Shown here: positions 36,422 through 48,035 of the stretch, one piece after another
How the letters are laid out: every line of letters starts with the position of its first letter
How positions within the stretch are numbered: position 1 is the stretch's first letter
Source of the DNA: Guillardia theta CCMP2712
Lineage: Eukaryota; Protista; Cryptophyta
NCBI RefSeq assembly: GCF_000315625.1
Contig: NW_005434664.1
Coordinates: 124,001-188,000, forward strand
Direction: 5' to 3'
Length of the DNA: 64,000 bases
Notes under the pieces: generated by a model
Told to the model about the DNA's origin: nothing
Databases searched by the model: none
What the model saw: the letters and a program-made list of their open reading frames with translations, nothing else
Position numbers and translations under genes: made by a program

Positions 36422-39400
36422 ATGCGGGGGAGACCTTCAAGCTTGGTCCTCCTCCTCCTCCTCCTCTGCTTCTTCTCTTCAAACATACACCATGTGCATT
36501 CCCAGACAAACTTCCTCACATCAGCGAATCCTTACAACATCCCGAGCGTTGCTCCCTCACTCATCACGGTATATGGCGCTCAGCCGTTCGAGGGCTATCC
36601 AGGTGAGGGATGGCTCACAAGAGCTCTGCCCCTCACTCACTCATGCGGTAGGTTTCAACTCTTCTGCCGGCATGCAGATCAGGTTGATGGGCACAGCTTG
36701 CGACTCGACGCGGTGGATCTCAACGACCTCCGCGACCTGTAACTTGTTCACGTCTGGACTCACAGCGAGCTTGTCAGACATCGTGGTGACCCTCCAGGTA
36801 GGACGGGCAGTAGGACGGGCAGTAGGACGGGCAGTAGGACGGGCAGTAGGACGGGCAGTAGGACGGGCAGTAGGACGGGCAGTAGGACGGGCAGTAGGTC
36901 ATACTTAGGGTTGGCTGCCCGTTGAGATCACTGAGTAGCTTGATGCAGACAAACATCGAGTACACCTTGCTGGACTCGATCTCCTTCGATGTGCCTCGGC
37001 TCCTCTCAGTGAGGAATGGGAACGGTGCCAAGGTCGGAGGTGCTCGAGTGACAGCAATAGGCATTAACTTCGGTGCCGCCAGCATCTCAGGTAATCAAAG
37101 ACAAGGTGAAGATTGTCCTGACCTGGAGGTTGTAGAGGCGCAGACGATCAGGATCGGTCAGTCGACATGCACCTCCACATTGTGGTTGTCCGACTCGCAC
37201 ATGGTCGGCCTTGCTCGTTCCGGAACACAGGCTGGTCTATCGGTTGAGGTTCAAGCCGGCTACACAACGTCTAGGTCTCTTCGTTCCATCTCAACCCAAC
37301 CTCATTCTAACTCACGGGCTCTCAGCAGGTCTATCTCCAAAGAGGATGCTTACTCCTACGACAGTCCGTCCCTCAGCACAGTCCTCGTCTCCAACCGGCC
37401 TAACGCTGGCTCCCTCGCCCACCTCACCGTCCTGGGGGTCAACCTTGCCTCCTTCGACCCGACGCTCGCCGTGCGTGCCGGCTGTACAGCTTCCGCGTCG
37501 ACGTTGTGGGCGAGCGACACTTCGGTCGTGACTGCGCCTGCATCCGGCAGCTCAGGCTCGAGCTTTCTGAGCGTCACTGTGGGAGCTAGGAGCCTGCAGG
37601 GCCTCGCCTCTGCCGGCACCTTCACGGGAGGCTTCAGCTTCGACGGGCCTGCGTTTGGTTTACCGGAATGGAGGCTGCGCAACTTGGGCGAGGACTCCTC
37701 GATCATCATCAGCATGCTCGGGACGAGCTTTGGGCGGTGGGATGCGTCTGTGCAAGGGAAAATAGCAAACACTGCGGCCCAGAGCACTGTGTGGACGTCA
37801 GACTCGCAGCTAGGCTGCATGCCATCGCATGGCGTCGGAAGGACGCAGCGAGCTCAGCTGACCATGTCAAGCCTCACGCACACGCAGACGGAGGTGTTGT
37901 CCTACGACGCTCAGCGGGCCTCGTCTGTGTCGAGCTCCAACGGTGCGACCGGCTTCCTCAGGCCTGTCACAGCTAGCGGCGCTCACTGGGGGCAGGTCAA
38001 CTTGTCCCCGTGCAGCAGAGTCTCCGGTACCAGCTCGCCTGTTACCTCGTGGCGCTCGACGTCTGCTGTGACCCTCCGACCCAGCCCGGGGCTGCTCGGA
38101 TCGCACAGGCTTGCCATCACCAGCATGCTATCTACAACGTCGTTGACCCACTTCTTGTCGTTCGACTCGCTCTCGACGAGCGCGATATTTCCCAGCAACG
38201 TTGCCAAGACCCCTGTGTCCTTGATGCTGCAGCTGGGCTCCGACTTCGGGGCCTCGGAACCTTGTCTCGCGACCCGGATGGGCGGGACTGCCAGTCCATC
38301 AGTGAGGTGGCTGTCGGAGAGCTCGATCGTGTCTCTGAGGTCGTCAGGAGGTAACGATGGCTACCCGACTAGGCCGGTGGTGCTCAGCGGCTCCGCTCAG
38401 CCGGCGAGTCTCACCGGGTTGTACTCCTACGACAGTCCGTCCCTCAGCACAGTCCTCGTCTCCAACCGGCCTAACGCTGGCTCCCTCGCCCACCTCACCG
38501 TCCTGGGGGTCAACCTTGCCTCCTTCGACCTGACGCTCGCCGTGCGTGCCGGCTGTACAGCTTCCGCGTCGACGTTGTGGGCGAGCGACACTTCGGTCGT
38601 GACTGCGCCTGCATCCGGCAGCTCAGGCTCGAGCTTTCTGAGCGTCACTGTGGGAGCTAGGAGCCTGCAGGGCCTCGCCTCTGCCGGCACCGTCACGGGA
38701 GGCTTCAGCTTCGACGGGCCTGCGTTTGGTTTACCGGAATGGAGGCTGCGCAACTTGGGCGAGGACTCCTCGATCATCATCAGCATGCTCGGGACGAGCT
38801 TTGGGCGGTGGGATGCGTCTGTGCAAGGGAAAATAGCAAACACTGCGGCCCAGAGCACTGTGTGGACGTCAGACTCGCAGCTAGGCTGCATGCCATCGCA
38901 TGGCGTCGGAAGGACGCAGCGAGCTCAGCTGACCATGTCAAGCCTCACGCACACGCAGACGGAGGTGTTGTCCTACGACGCTCAGCGGGCCTCGTCTGTG
39001 TCGAGCTCCAACGGTGCGACCGGCTTCCTCAGGCCTGTCACAGCTAGCGGCGCTCACTGGGGGCAGGTCAACTTGTCCCCGTGCAGCAGAGTCTCCGGTA
39101 CCAGCTCGCCTGTTACCTCGTGGCGCTCGACGTCTGCTGTGACCCTCCGACCCAGCCCGGGGCTGCTCGGATCGCACAGGCTTGCCATCACCAGCATGCT
39201 ATCTACAACGTCGTTGACCCACTTCTTGTCGTTCGACTCGCTCTCGACGAGCGCGATATTTCCCAGCAACGTTGCCAAGACCCCTGTGTCCTTGATGCTG
39301 CAGCTGGGCTCCGACTTCGGGGCCTCGGAACCTTGTCTCGCGACCCGGATGGGCGGGACTGCCAGTCCATCAGTGAGGTGGCTGTCGGAGAGCTCGATCG

Positions 39401-42400
39401 TGTCTCTGAGGTCGTCAGGAGGTAACGATGGCTACCCGACTAGGCCGGTGGTGCTCAGCGGCTCCGCTCAGCCGGCGAGTCTCACCGGGTTGTACTCCTA
39501 CGACAGTCCGTCCCTCAGCACAGTCCTCGTCTCCAACCGGCCTAACGCTGGCTCCCTCGCCCACCTCACCGTCCTGGGGGTCAACCTTGCCTCCTTCGAC
39601 CTGACGCTCGCCGTGCGTGCCGGCTGTACAGCTTCCGCGTCGACGTTGTGGGCGAGCGACACTTCGGTCGTGACTGCGCCTGCATCCGGCAGCTCAGGCT
39701 CGAGCTTTCTGAGCGTCACTGTGGGAGCTAGGAGCCTGCAGGGCCTCGCCTCTGCCGGCACCGTCACGGGAGGCTTCAGCTTCGACGGGCCTGCGTTTGG
39801 TTTACCGGAATGGAGGCTGCGCAACTTGGGCGAGGACTCCTCGATCATCATCAGCATGCTCGGGACGAGCTTTGGGCGGTGGGATGCGTCTGTGCAAGGG
39901 AAAATAGCAAACACTGCGGCCCAGAGCACTGTGTGGACGTCAGACTCGCAGCTAGGCTGCATGCCATCGCATGGCGTCGGAAGGACGCAGCGAGCTCAGC
40001 TGACCATGTCAAGCCTCACGCACACGCAGACGGAGGTGTTGTCCTACGACGCTCAGCGGGCCTCGTCTGTGTCGAGCTCCAACGGTGCGACCGGCTTCCT
40101 CAGGCCTGTCACAGCTAGCGGCGCTCACTGGGGGCAGGTCAACTTGTCCCCGTGCAGCAGAGTCTCCGGTACCAGCTCGCCTGTTACCTCGTGGCGCTCG
40201 ACGTCTGCTGTGACCCTCCGACCCAGCCCGGGGCTGCTCGGATCGCACAGGCTTGCCATCACCAGCATGCTATCTACAACGTCGTTGACCCACTTCTTGT
40301 CGTTCGACTCGCTCTCGACGAGCGCGATATTTCCCAGCAACGTTGCCAAGACCCCTGTGTCCTTGATGCTGCAGCTGGGCTCCGACTTCGGGGCCTCGGA
40401 ACCTTGTCTCGCGACCCGGATGGGCGGGACTGCCAGTCCATCAGTGAGGTGGCTGTCGGAGAGCTCGATCGTGTCTCTGAGGTCGTCAGGAGGTAACGAT
40501 GGCTACCCGACCAGGCCGGTGGTGCTGAGCGGCTCCGCTCAGCCGGCGAGTCTCACCGGGTCGTACTCTTACGACAAGAGCGTCTTCAATTTGGCCAGCC
40601 ATCCGGCCAACGGGCCCATGACCGGCGCTGTCTGGGTTTCAGTTTTGGGGAAGGACTTTGCTGTGGTGGACTACACTGGGCGGGCGAGGCTGGGGGCCAC
40701 GAGCGCAGAGGCGTCGAGGTGGACGTCCGACACGTCAATCTGGTTGCAGTCTGCGGCCTCTACTGGTACGAGTTTGTCCATTCGCTTCACCTCGGTGGGG
40801 GACAGTGCTCTCTCGTTGCCGTTGCTGTCGGGCTCGTTCACGTTTGACTCGCCTGCTGTTTCGCGGCTTGAGACGGGAAATGTTCCTGCTTTCATCATCA
40901 ACGAGTTGTTGACGCCATCAGACGGGAGGTTGAAGCAAGTAGGTTCGTTCGGGAGCTTCGACGGGTCTGGACAGACTAGAGTAGGAGGAAGCTCAAGCGC
41001 CTTCACTCGATGGGAATCAGAGACTTGCTTGCTCTCGAAGCCTTCACCCGGATCTGGACACACGTGCCATGTTCAGGTGCGAGCAGCTGCGAGGGAAGAG
41101 ACTCATCGCTCCACTGACAGCTGGACAGGTCACTGCAGCTGCTGCGGTTGGCAGCACGGAGCAGAGCATATCCTTTGACTCGCCGTCGCTGCCCGAGTCC
41201 TCCATAGATCTAACCAATGTCCCGCTAACGGGATCAGTAAAGTTGTCATTCCAGGGTGACAACTTCGCCAGGGTCTCAACATCCGCCCTGGTTAGCATGC
41301 TCTGCCTCTGCCTGACTGCTCAACGTTCCGTTTCAGGCTCGCGTCAAAAGTACATCGAGTCCGAGCACACAGTGGCTGTCGACGAGCAGCGTCATCGCCA
41401 AGCAGCCTTGTGTCACCGAGCAGCGAGCTTTCGTCGCCTTGACGGCAGACAAGAGCGTTGGGTGGGCCTGCCTCGGATACCCTTCATGTCTTGTGATCTC
41501 TCTGCAGGACAAGTCAAGAGTACATCTCCGCAGATGCCCCGTCTCTCTCCAGCTTCTCGCAGAAGGCAGGCAAGGTTCTAGCCTCGCTCCCTCTCACTTC
41601 CCCGTCAGGTTCTGTTCGATTTCCTCATCCATCACGCCAACTCAGGCAGGACCGGTGGCGACTCTTTCTTGGCCGTGGGCTCAAGTCTGGGATCTGTGGA
41701 TGTTTCCACTCAGCTCCGTGTGGCCTCTACCGCCTGTGAATCCTCCATCTGGAGCTCGACAAGCTCCGTCAGCTGCTCGGTGGCAGCTGGATCGGAGGTC
41801 AGTGCCAACGCCTTGGTCACTCTCGCACAGCAAGCAGGCTCGCTCTCTGCTGTCTTCAGCTACAACCTGCCGACCTTGTCCAGCATCTTTCCAGTTAATG
41901 TGCCCATGTCAGATCAGCAGAGCTACCTGGTCACGGCCTTCGGCTCTAACTTGCAAGCTTGGGACTTGAGCCCGTCGCTCTTCATCGGCCACACGATCTG
42001 CCTGTTCACTCGCTGGCAGTCTGACTCATCCTTGTTGTGTAGCGTAGCAGACAGATACAGCGCTCTCAGCAACGACACAGCAGCGAGTCTGCGCCTCTCC
42101 TTGTTCAACAACGGCCAGATACTCTCAGTGACGCAGGCGCTGTCCTACGACATGATCGTGTACCAGACTTCATGGACTACCGTGGCAGCAGAAGAAGAGG
42201 AGCTGGCAGGCAGCACAACAACATGGCTCTCACACAGCACATCTTCAGACCTCTCCACATCGCCCTTGGACATGGCTCTCCCTTCTACGACTCCCGAGCC
42301 CCTTCCCCCCACTGACCCTGGTGCTGCCTACAACGCCTCGCTAGAGCCTTGCGTTCTCAACGCCTCCTGGCAACATATCATCGACAACCTTCACGATCCA

Positions 42401-42974
42401 ACAGAATCTGCTACACCCGCCCGGTACTCGTTTGCCACAGGTCTGACACCCTTCACAGCTTTCATGCTCCTTCTGACCGGGTGTACTCTAGGGGGCCTCG
42501 GAGACAGGATGGTGAAAGATGTGGAGGAAGCCTGGGTATGCCAGTACGGGCATCCTTGCGCCATGAAGCTCGGAGCGGGGGAGACGACGGGAGAGGTCAG
42601 AGAGAAGATGGAAGGGGAGGCAGCCCCAGCTGACTGGTGCTAGCAGATGCCGGCATACTGCTTCATCTACGATGAGATCAGGTGAGGAGGAGGAGCTGCG
42701 TGAGGGCAGCGATGACAGCGTGTGACGTGTTTGAGGTACAGTGAAACCTTTCGTGAGTGGGGCATTCTGTCTGAGATAGGACTTGATTGACTTGCACTTG
42801 AGTGGGTTCATGCCAGACAGCCTATCCTTGACAGCTTGTAAGTCTCTGCGATCTCTGCTCACCATGTCTACGTCGAGGTTTTCATCGACAGCAACACTGG
42901 GCCGGATTTCAAACAACAATCTGCCTGCTCGCTCACTGCGGCTGCCTTCTCCGAGCCCAGGGTCCGCCAACTGA
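36422..42974 (+). CDS. Large secreted/surface Ser/Thr-rich protein made of IPT/TIG-like repeats
   Basis: Signal peptide MRGRPSSLVLLLLLLCFFSS; 1418-aa ORF with ~90-aa units (GxNF/G...WxSD/ES...S[YF]D); further exons to about 42974. Confidence 0.75.
36798..36898 (+). repeat. 12-bp minisatellite (GTAGGACGGGCA)x8 starting at an intron donor
   Basis: Directly visible. Confidence 0.95.
37351..40563 (+). repeat. In-frame tandem array, 3 x 1071 bp (357 aa), nearly identical copies
   Basis: Units begin TACTCCTACGACAGTCCG at 37351, 38422 and 39493; only a few substitutions between copies. Confidence 0.97.
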
Positions 42975-43899
42975 CAGACGATTCTAGGAGAACAGTTGTA
43001 CTCACAGTCTTCTGTGATTCAACCATGTCTTGAACCGCAATCTCGCTATCAAAATCTTGTTCTGACGGTTATCAGACGGCATCTCTTCTCATATTCGAAC
43101 AAGTGCTGCAGTGCTCGATGTTGCTGTCTGAAGTGTTTATTATGTACATGAGTAGAATCGAGGCACATTCAAGTTTTATCCAACAACATAAACTCATCTG
43201 GGTCTCACATCTTTCTCATACCTTCTTCGATTCTGGCCATTCCTGGATTCATTTAACAAGATCGAGGTCAACACCTGGATCGTACCAAAGATTCAACAAT
43301 GAAGACTTCTTCTTAGTTCAGCCTTGCCATCAATTTTGAAAGAGCTCGAAACTAATCTTGGGATGTTCTGCAAAGGAAGTTGCCCAGATCCAATATCCGG
43401 ACTGCAGTCACTCGGCACCTGCAAGTGACAGTACCGGTGACAGACATTTAGCGTCTAGGCCCTATGGCTTAGGATGTTGTATGTTGCCCTAGAACCCTGC
43501 TTCAGGTAGGAAACTAATGTGCTGATAGCTGTAGTAGGAAAAAACATGTGATTGTGTCCAAACCAGAAAAACATCACTCAGGCAAGTATTATACAGGATT
43601 GAATCAGGTCTAGACTACAACTGGATAGGGTAGTCATCATGTACATAGGTAAGGCTATCTCCAGCTTTGTGAGGGAGTTGTATTCCTCTAAAAACAAAGT
43701 TCAGCATGCTTTCACGACAGCCTACTTGATCATAGTCTTTCTTCAAGTGGCTGGCAGAGTGAGCAGCATCGAACCAAAAAACTGCCCTGGTTGGTATCTC
43801 GGCCTTGTCTCAGATGATCCGACTAGTGAACGCATCCGGCACAGCATCTCCCGTCAGCTCGACGCGTCTCTGCCATTCCTTCCGGCAATGACATAGCCG

Positions 43900-44300
43900 C
43901 TGTTTGTTCCCTTTGTGCCCGGTGAAACTAATTTATTTCGATTTTATTAATCATGGGTTTCAGGTTTGGGGTGTAGGGGTTGCGAAAAAAAGATTAGAAA
44001 AGACCCACCCAGACCCCTTGTATATGGATGAATACTATTCTTCTTCCTTCAGCATCTCATTTTTATAAATGTATCAATAATATCAAATGGACATCCCATG
44101 AGCAATGCATATCTTTCAGCTTTCAAAATTAACTGAAAATTATCATATATGAAATGTTGAATGATATCGAGGACCGCCTTCGAGACATCCTTTGCCCACC
44201 CTACCTCCTCAAAGTCCTTCAAGTACCCCACCAAAACTCCCTGCATGACCCACTCCCTGTCGTTCTGAAGTACCCCTCCAACTCCCACCCTTTTTAGAGA
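43900..44300. other. Intergenic island E (CCCGGTGAAACTAATTTAT motif, ACCC/TACCCC tract)
   Basis: 19-bp motif identical to island C; C-run tract follows. Confidence 0.55.
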
Positions 44301-45151
44301 GCGTAGTATGGCAGGAGACAGGGCAGGAAGATAGATAGGAAAGGACCGGCTGCTTCGGCAAGGAGGAGAATGGGAGGAGATAAAGAAGAATGAAGAAGTC
44401 TGATTATATGAAGGAGAGATGCTGATGAAGAGAGAGGAAGGGCATGCATGTTTTGTTGGAACAAGGAGAGCCGCGCGAGCCGTAGTGCCGATTGGAAGGG
44501 TAAAGCGGACAATAGCAGCATGTGAAGGGGGAGAGGTGCAGGTCTTACTCGAGAAAAATAAGAAGGAGTGAAGTCAAGAGAGGTGTGATGCGAGAACAGT
44601 CAAGAAGCCATCGAGCACCTTGAAAGCAGTTTCACATGATGGGCATACGGCAAAGGAGATATTTCATCGAGTGCTGAGTACATGCACTCAAGGGGTTTCA
44701 TCAGATGATGTGGTCTTTTTGTAAGAAGGACGACGTGGCAATAACTTTCGCTCTACACTGTTTAGGAAGCAAGTTTGCTTTATGTATTTGTATATGGGTA
44801 CTGTCAGGTTGATTGTTGGATCTATTTGGAAGAACATACTGCTTTTTGTTATGAAGGCTGCTGACGTGGAGATCAGTTTGAGTAGTGCAAGCAGAAGGCA
44901 TTGCAGCTCAGAGAGAAAACTCCAAATTTATGCCTGATCTATGCTAGCAAGAGGATTTCTTTTACAATGGGTCCATTGAACCTGAAGGATGTCTACAAAG
45001 CAAAAGATTCGTTCACACACTTTAATCAATCGAGGTTTCTTGATCTGAATAGAAAAAGTTTCTAGATGCAGTGTATTCTAATTCATTTATATTTGTGATG
45101 TTTACCTCTTACGAATCTGTTTTCGGTTCTGCAGAAAAAGGGCGTTGAAGA

Positions 45152-45594
45152 ATGTTTGGAAAGAATTGTAAGTTTTGATCTGGTTTGCTCCTGCACCATT
45201 TTGACAATCATACCTTGATTCCCAGGCGCTGTGTGTTGTTGCACCTTGTCGGTCTTTGGAATCCTTGTCTTAGTCGTTATGGGTATGATGGTCTCAGCTG
45301 GTGACCCATACGTCGGTGGCCATGGCCTTGTCGCAACCGCTGAGGTTTCTTCATCCTCCTTCTTTCTCTTCTGCTTGCTTTATTCTGTACATCAAAGGAG
45401 TATTCATTTTAAATTGACAGGATCGTCAAAAGCGTGCAAGCGCATGTTACGCGGCAGCTGGCATTTACTGTGTAACGCTGGCTCTCTCTGGCGTTTGCTG
45501 GTGCAGTGAGTACTTTCGATTTCTAAAGAAGACAAGACGGTTTGATGAAATCTTTGCAGGAGGGGGGAGGGATGTCAAAGAGAGCGAAGATTGA
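45152..45594 (+). CDS. RNASEK: RNase kappa / V-ATPase subunit f-like two-TM small protein
   Basis: Spliced MFGKNCALCCCTLSVFGILVLVVMG...ASACYAAAGIYCVTLALSGVCW matches the RNASEK pattern (CxxLSxxGxxxL; CxxAAGxY). Confidence 0.7.
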
Positions 45595-45679
45595 TTTGCT
45601 GCTTGAAGATAGTTTTCGAAAATTATACAAGAGGATTACACATGAGATAGCTTGATTTCAATGTGACTTATGCCGGGAG

Positions 45680-46340
45680 GGCTCATCTCATCTGAGAATT
45701 ATAAGTTTCAAGTTTGGACTTGTCGATGATTCAGTCACGCGGCCGTTCTCCGAGTTTGCCGCTCTGGCACTCACGCGAGTCCTCCCGGTAGGACTTGAAC
45801 GGTTAAGTTCTCCGTACTGTCGGGATCTGGCCGGGCCCGGCCGTGACGCCGCCCGGCCGCCGGGCACTGTGACTCCTGCTGCCTGCTGCAAAACTCGAGT
45901 CCCCGGGCAGCCATTGCTGCACTCCGAGTCGGCCGGGCCGGTCCTAGTATGGATAACTTTTAGTTACTGGGCTGAGTAGGTCCCGATTTCATCAAACTCC
46001 GAATGGATTGAAAGAATACAGGCACCCCCACCCCCACCAAATTAGGCAACCACCCTATCAAAGCCTGGGGTAGTATCCCTTTGAGCTGACTTCCGGGGTT
46101 TCGATGATGAGCGCCAGGGGTAGGGTCATCCTACCCAGTCCAGTCATGTGACTGGTGGGGTTGTGGAGCTATAAGAGGTTGTGCCGAGATAACGTGGGGT
46201 GATACTGGTAAAAGCTGGGGGTACTGGTTTTTGATGGGTAGTGTGCAAGGTACATCATCACCACAGGGTAGGGTCTGATTTCAAACGGGGTAGGTCCATG
46301 TGTGAGGATGAGATGGGGGTGGGGGTAGAGTGGCCCTTGA
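45680..46340. other. Intergenic island F (AAACTTGAAAC on minus strand, GGCCGGGCCGG core, GGGTA tract)
   Basis: 16/17 match to the island A motif in opposite orientation; GGCCGGGCCGG at 45931 as at 10681. Confidence 0.55.
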
Positions 46341-46919
46341 GGGGACGAGGCGAAGAGGCGCGAGGCGAAAGATGCTGGAGATGCTGAACGAGATCCCCGT
46401 CGCATGCACAACGGTGGAAGAGGTGAGGACACGGAGATGAATGGAACACATGGAGATTGAGAAGTGAAGATGTTTAGCTCTTGTTTTACGACATGTACTC
46501 GTTCAAGCTGTTGAGGGAGACGAGGGAAGGGGGGTAATGTCGGAAGCTTCTGCATATACACATATGCTGTCCCTTCGCTTTCCTTGCTAGTCTGTCTTGT
46601 TTCTTCGCCATCACCAATGCTGAGATTACCTTTGTCAAATCCTGTCCAAGACAGAGGATTGACTGAGAGGTTTCGGAACTGTGAATTTGACTTGGCAAAA
46701 TATGTCCCTTGGTTTGGTTGCAATCTTGATGATTGTCATGACTATACGAAAGTTGTATGGAGTTGTAACCTTCTGATTGCCATGATGTTCTTTGTCATAT
46801 TCTATAACCATGTTGTCCCTGATAGATTGTATCCGAACTCTGATTGCCTGTCAAATGACACTTGATCTGTCTATTGAAGCTGTCTTGAATCCCTGCTTGT
46901 CTTCGTATCCTTTCTGTGT

Positions 46920-47792
46920 ATGGTTGTTCACAACATCCAAACGAGGAACACACTCGCAAATCTGGCAAGGTCAGAACTGAACATCGTCTTGCTTATCAGG
47001 TTGGATCCACTGGAGTCGGTGCGCTCACTATCTCTTTCTTGATCTTCATCGTTTCGTGCATTGTCTTCCTTTCGAAGGCCAACACGTCAGGAGAGCAGCG
47101 AAAGTAAGCCCCGCCTCCTCATGTGGGCTGTTGCTGATCTCGCCCCACAGATATTATTACTTGAGCTCGTATGCATGCGGGTTCGCTGCCATGGCCTACT
47201 TTGCTATGCTTTCCGGACAGGGTTGGACGGTCATTGCTGGATGCAGGCAGTTCTTCTACTCGCACTTTGCGGAGAGGCTCATCACTAGCACTCTGATTCT
47301 CATCCTCATGGGAAACCTTGCTGGTGCTGGACCGGACCTCATGTTCGGGGCCTGCGGATCGAATGGTAAGCTGATGCTGAAACTGTACACATGTCCTGAC
47401 TGTGTGTCTCAGCCATCTACATGATTGCTACCTACATGGGATCGGTGTCGGTCGTCACTACGGTGAAGTGGTTCTGGTTTTTCATTGGTCTTGTCGGGCT
47501 TTTTGCTACGTTGGTGCACCTGGCATTGAGTTTCAAGAATGCAGTGGATGTGAAGGGAGGCGAGCGAGCTCAGCTGTACTCCAAGGGCGCTTGGCTTCTT
47601 ATCCTTGCCTGGATGTGTTACCCCATCGTGTGGCTCTTCTCCGAGGGATTCGCATCGTTCTCGGTCTCGTTCGAGGTCTGTGCCTATGCTGTGTTGGACA
47701 TCATCTCAACAGTCGTGCTCGGCTTCATGATCATGTCTGGCCATGACTATCTTGGAGGAAGCGCTCCATCGCAGTCTCGCGAATATGTCTAA
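46920..47792 (+). CDS. Microbial (type-1) rhodopsin homolog lacking the retinal-binding lysine
   Basis: Seven hydrophobic helices; AAMAYFAM (helix B), WMCYPIVW (helix F), LDIISTVVLG (helix G, DxxxT instead of DxxxK); introns ~47104-47150 and ~47366-47412; N-terminal exon uncertain. Confidence 0.9.
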
Positions 47793-48035
47793 ATAGAAAA
47801 CATCCCAGGCTAGTTGAGCTGATTGACGAACCATCTGGATCTGATGAGGTTGGGAGGGCGCATACGAGCTCATTTCATCTCGTTTGTGTGTTGCTCTCAT
47901 GAAATATAGACTTGTGATCCTTGATGAGAGTTGGTGGCTTTTTAAACCATAAAATTCATTCGCAACCAACTGAATGAAAACGCAGCTATTGGCAATATGC
48001 TATCTCACATTAGATTCCATTGTACAAGTTAAGAG

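Noticed and set aside
43000-43900. Possible small minus-strand multi-exon gene (IPTRAVFWFDAAHSASHLKKDYDQ)
   Set aside because: No consistent exon chain or recognisable domain could be built.
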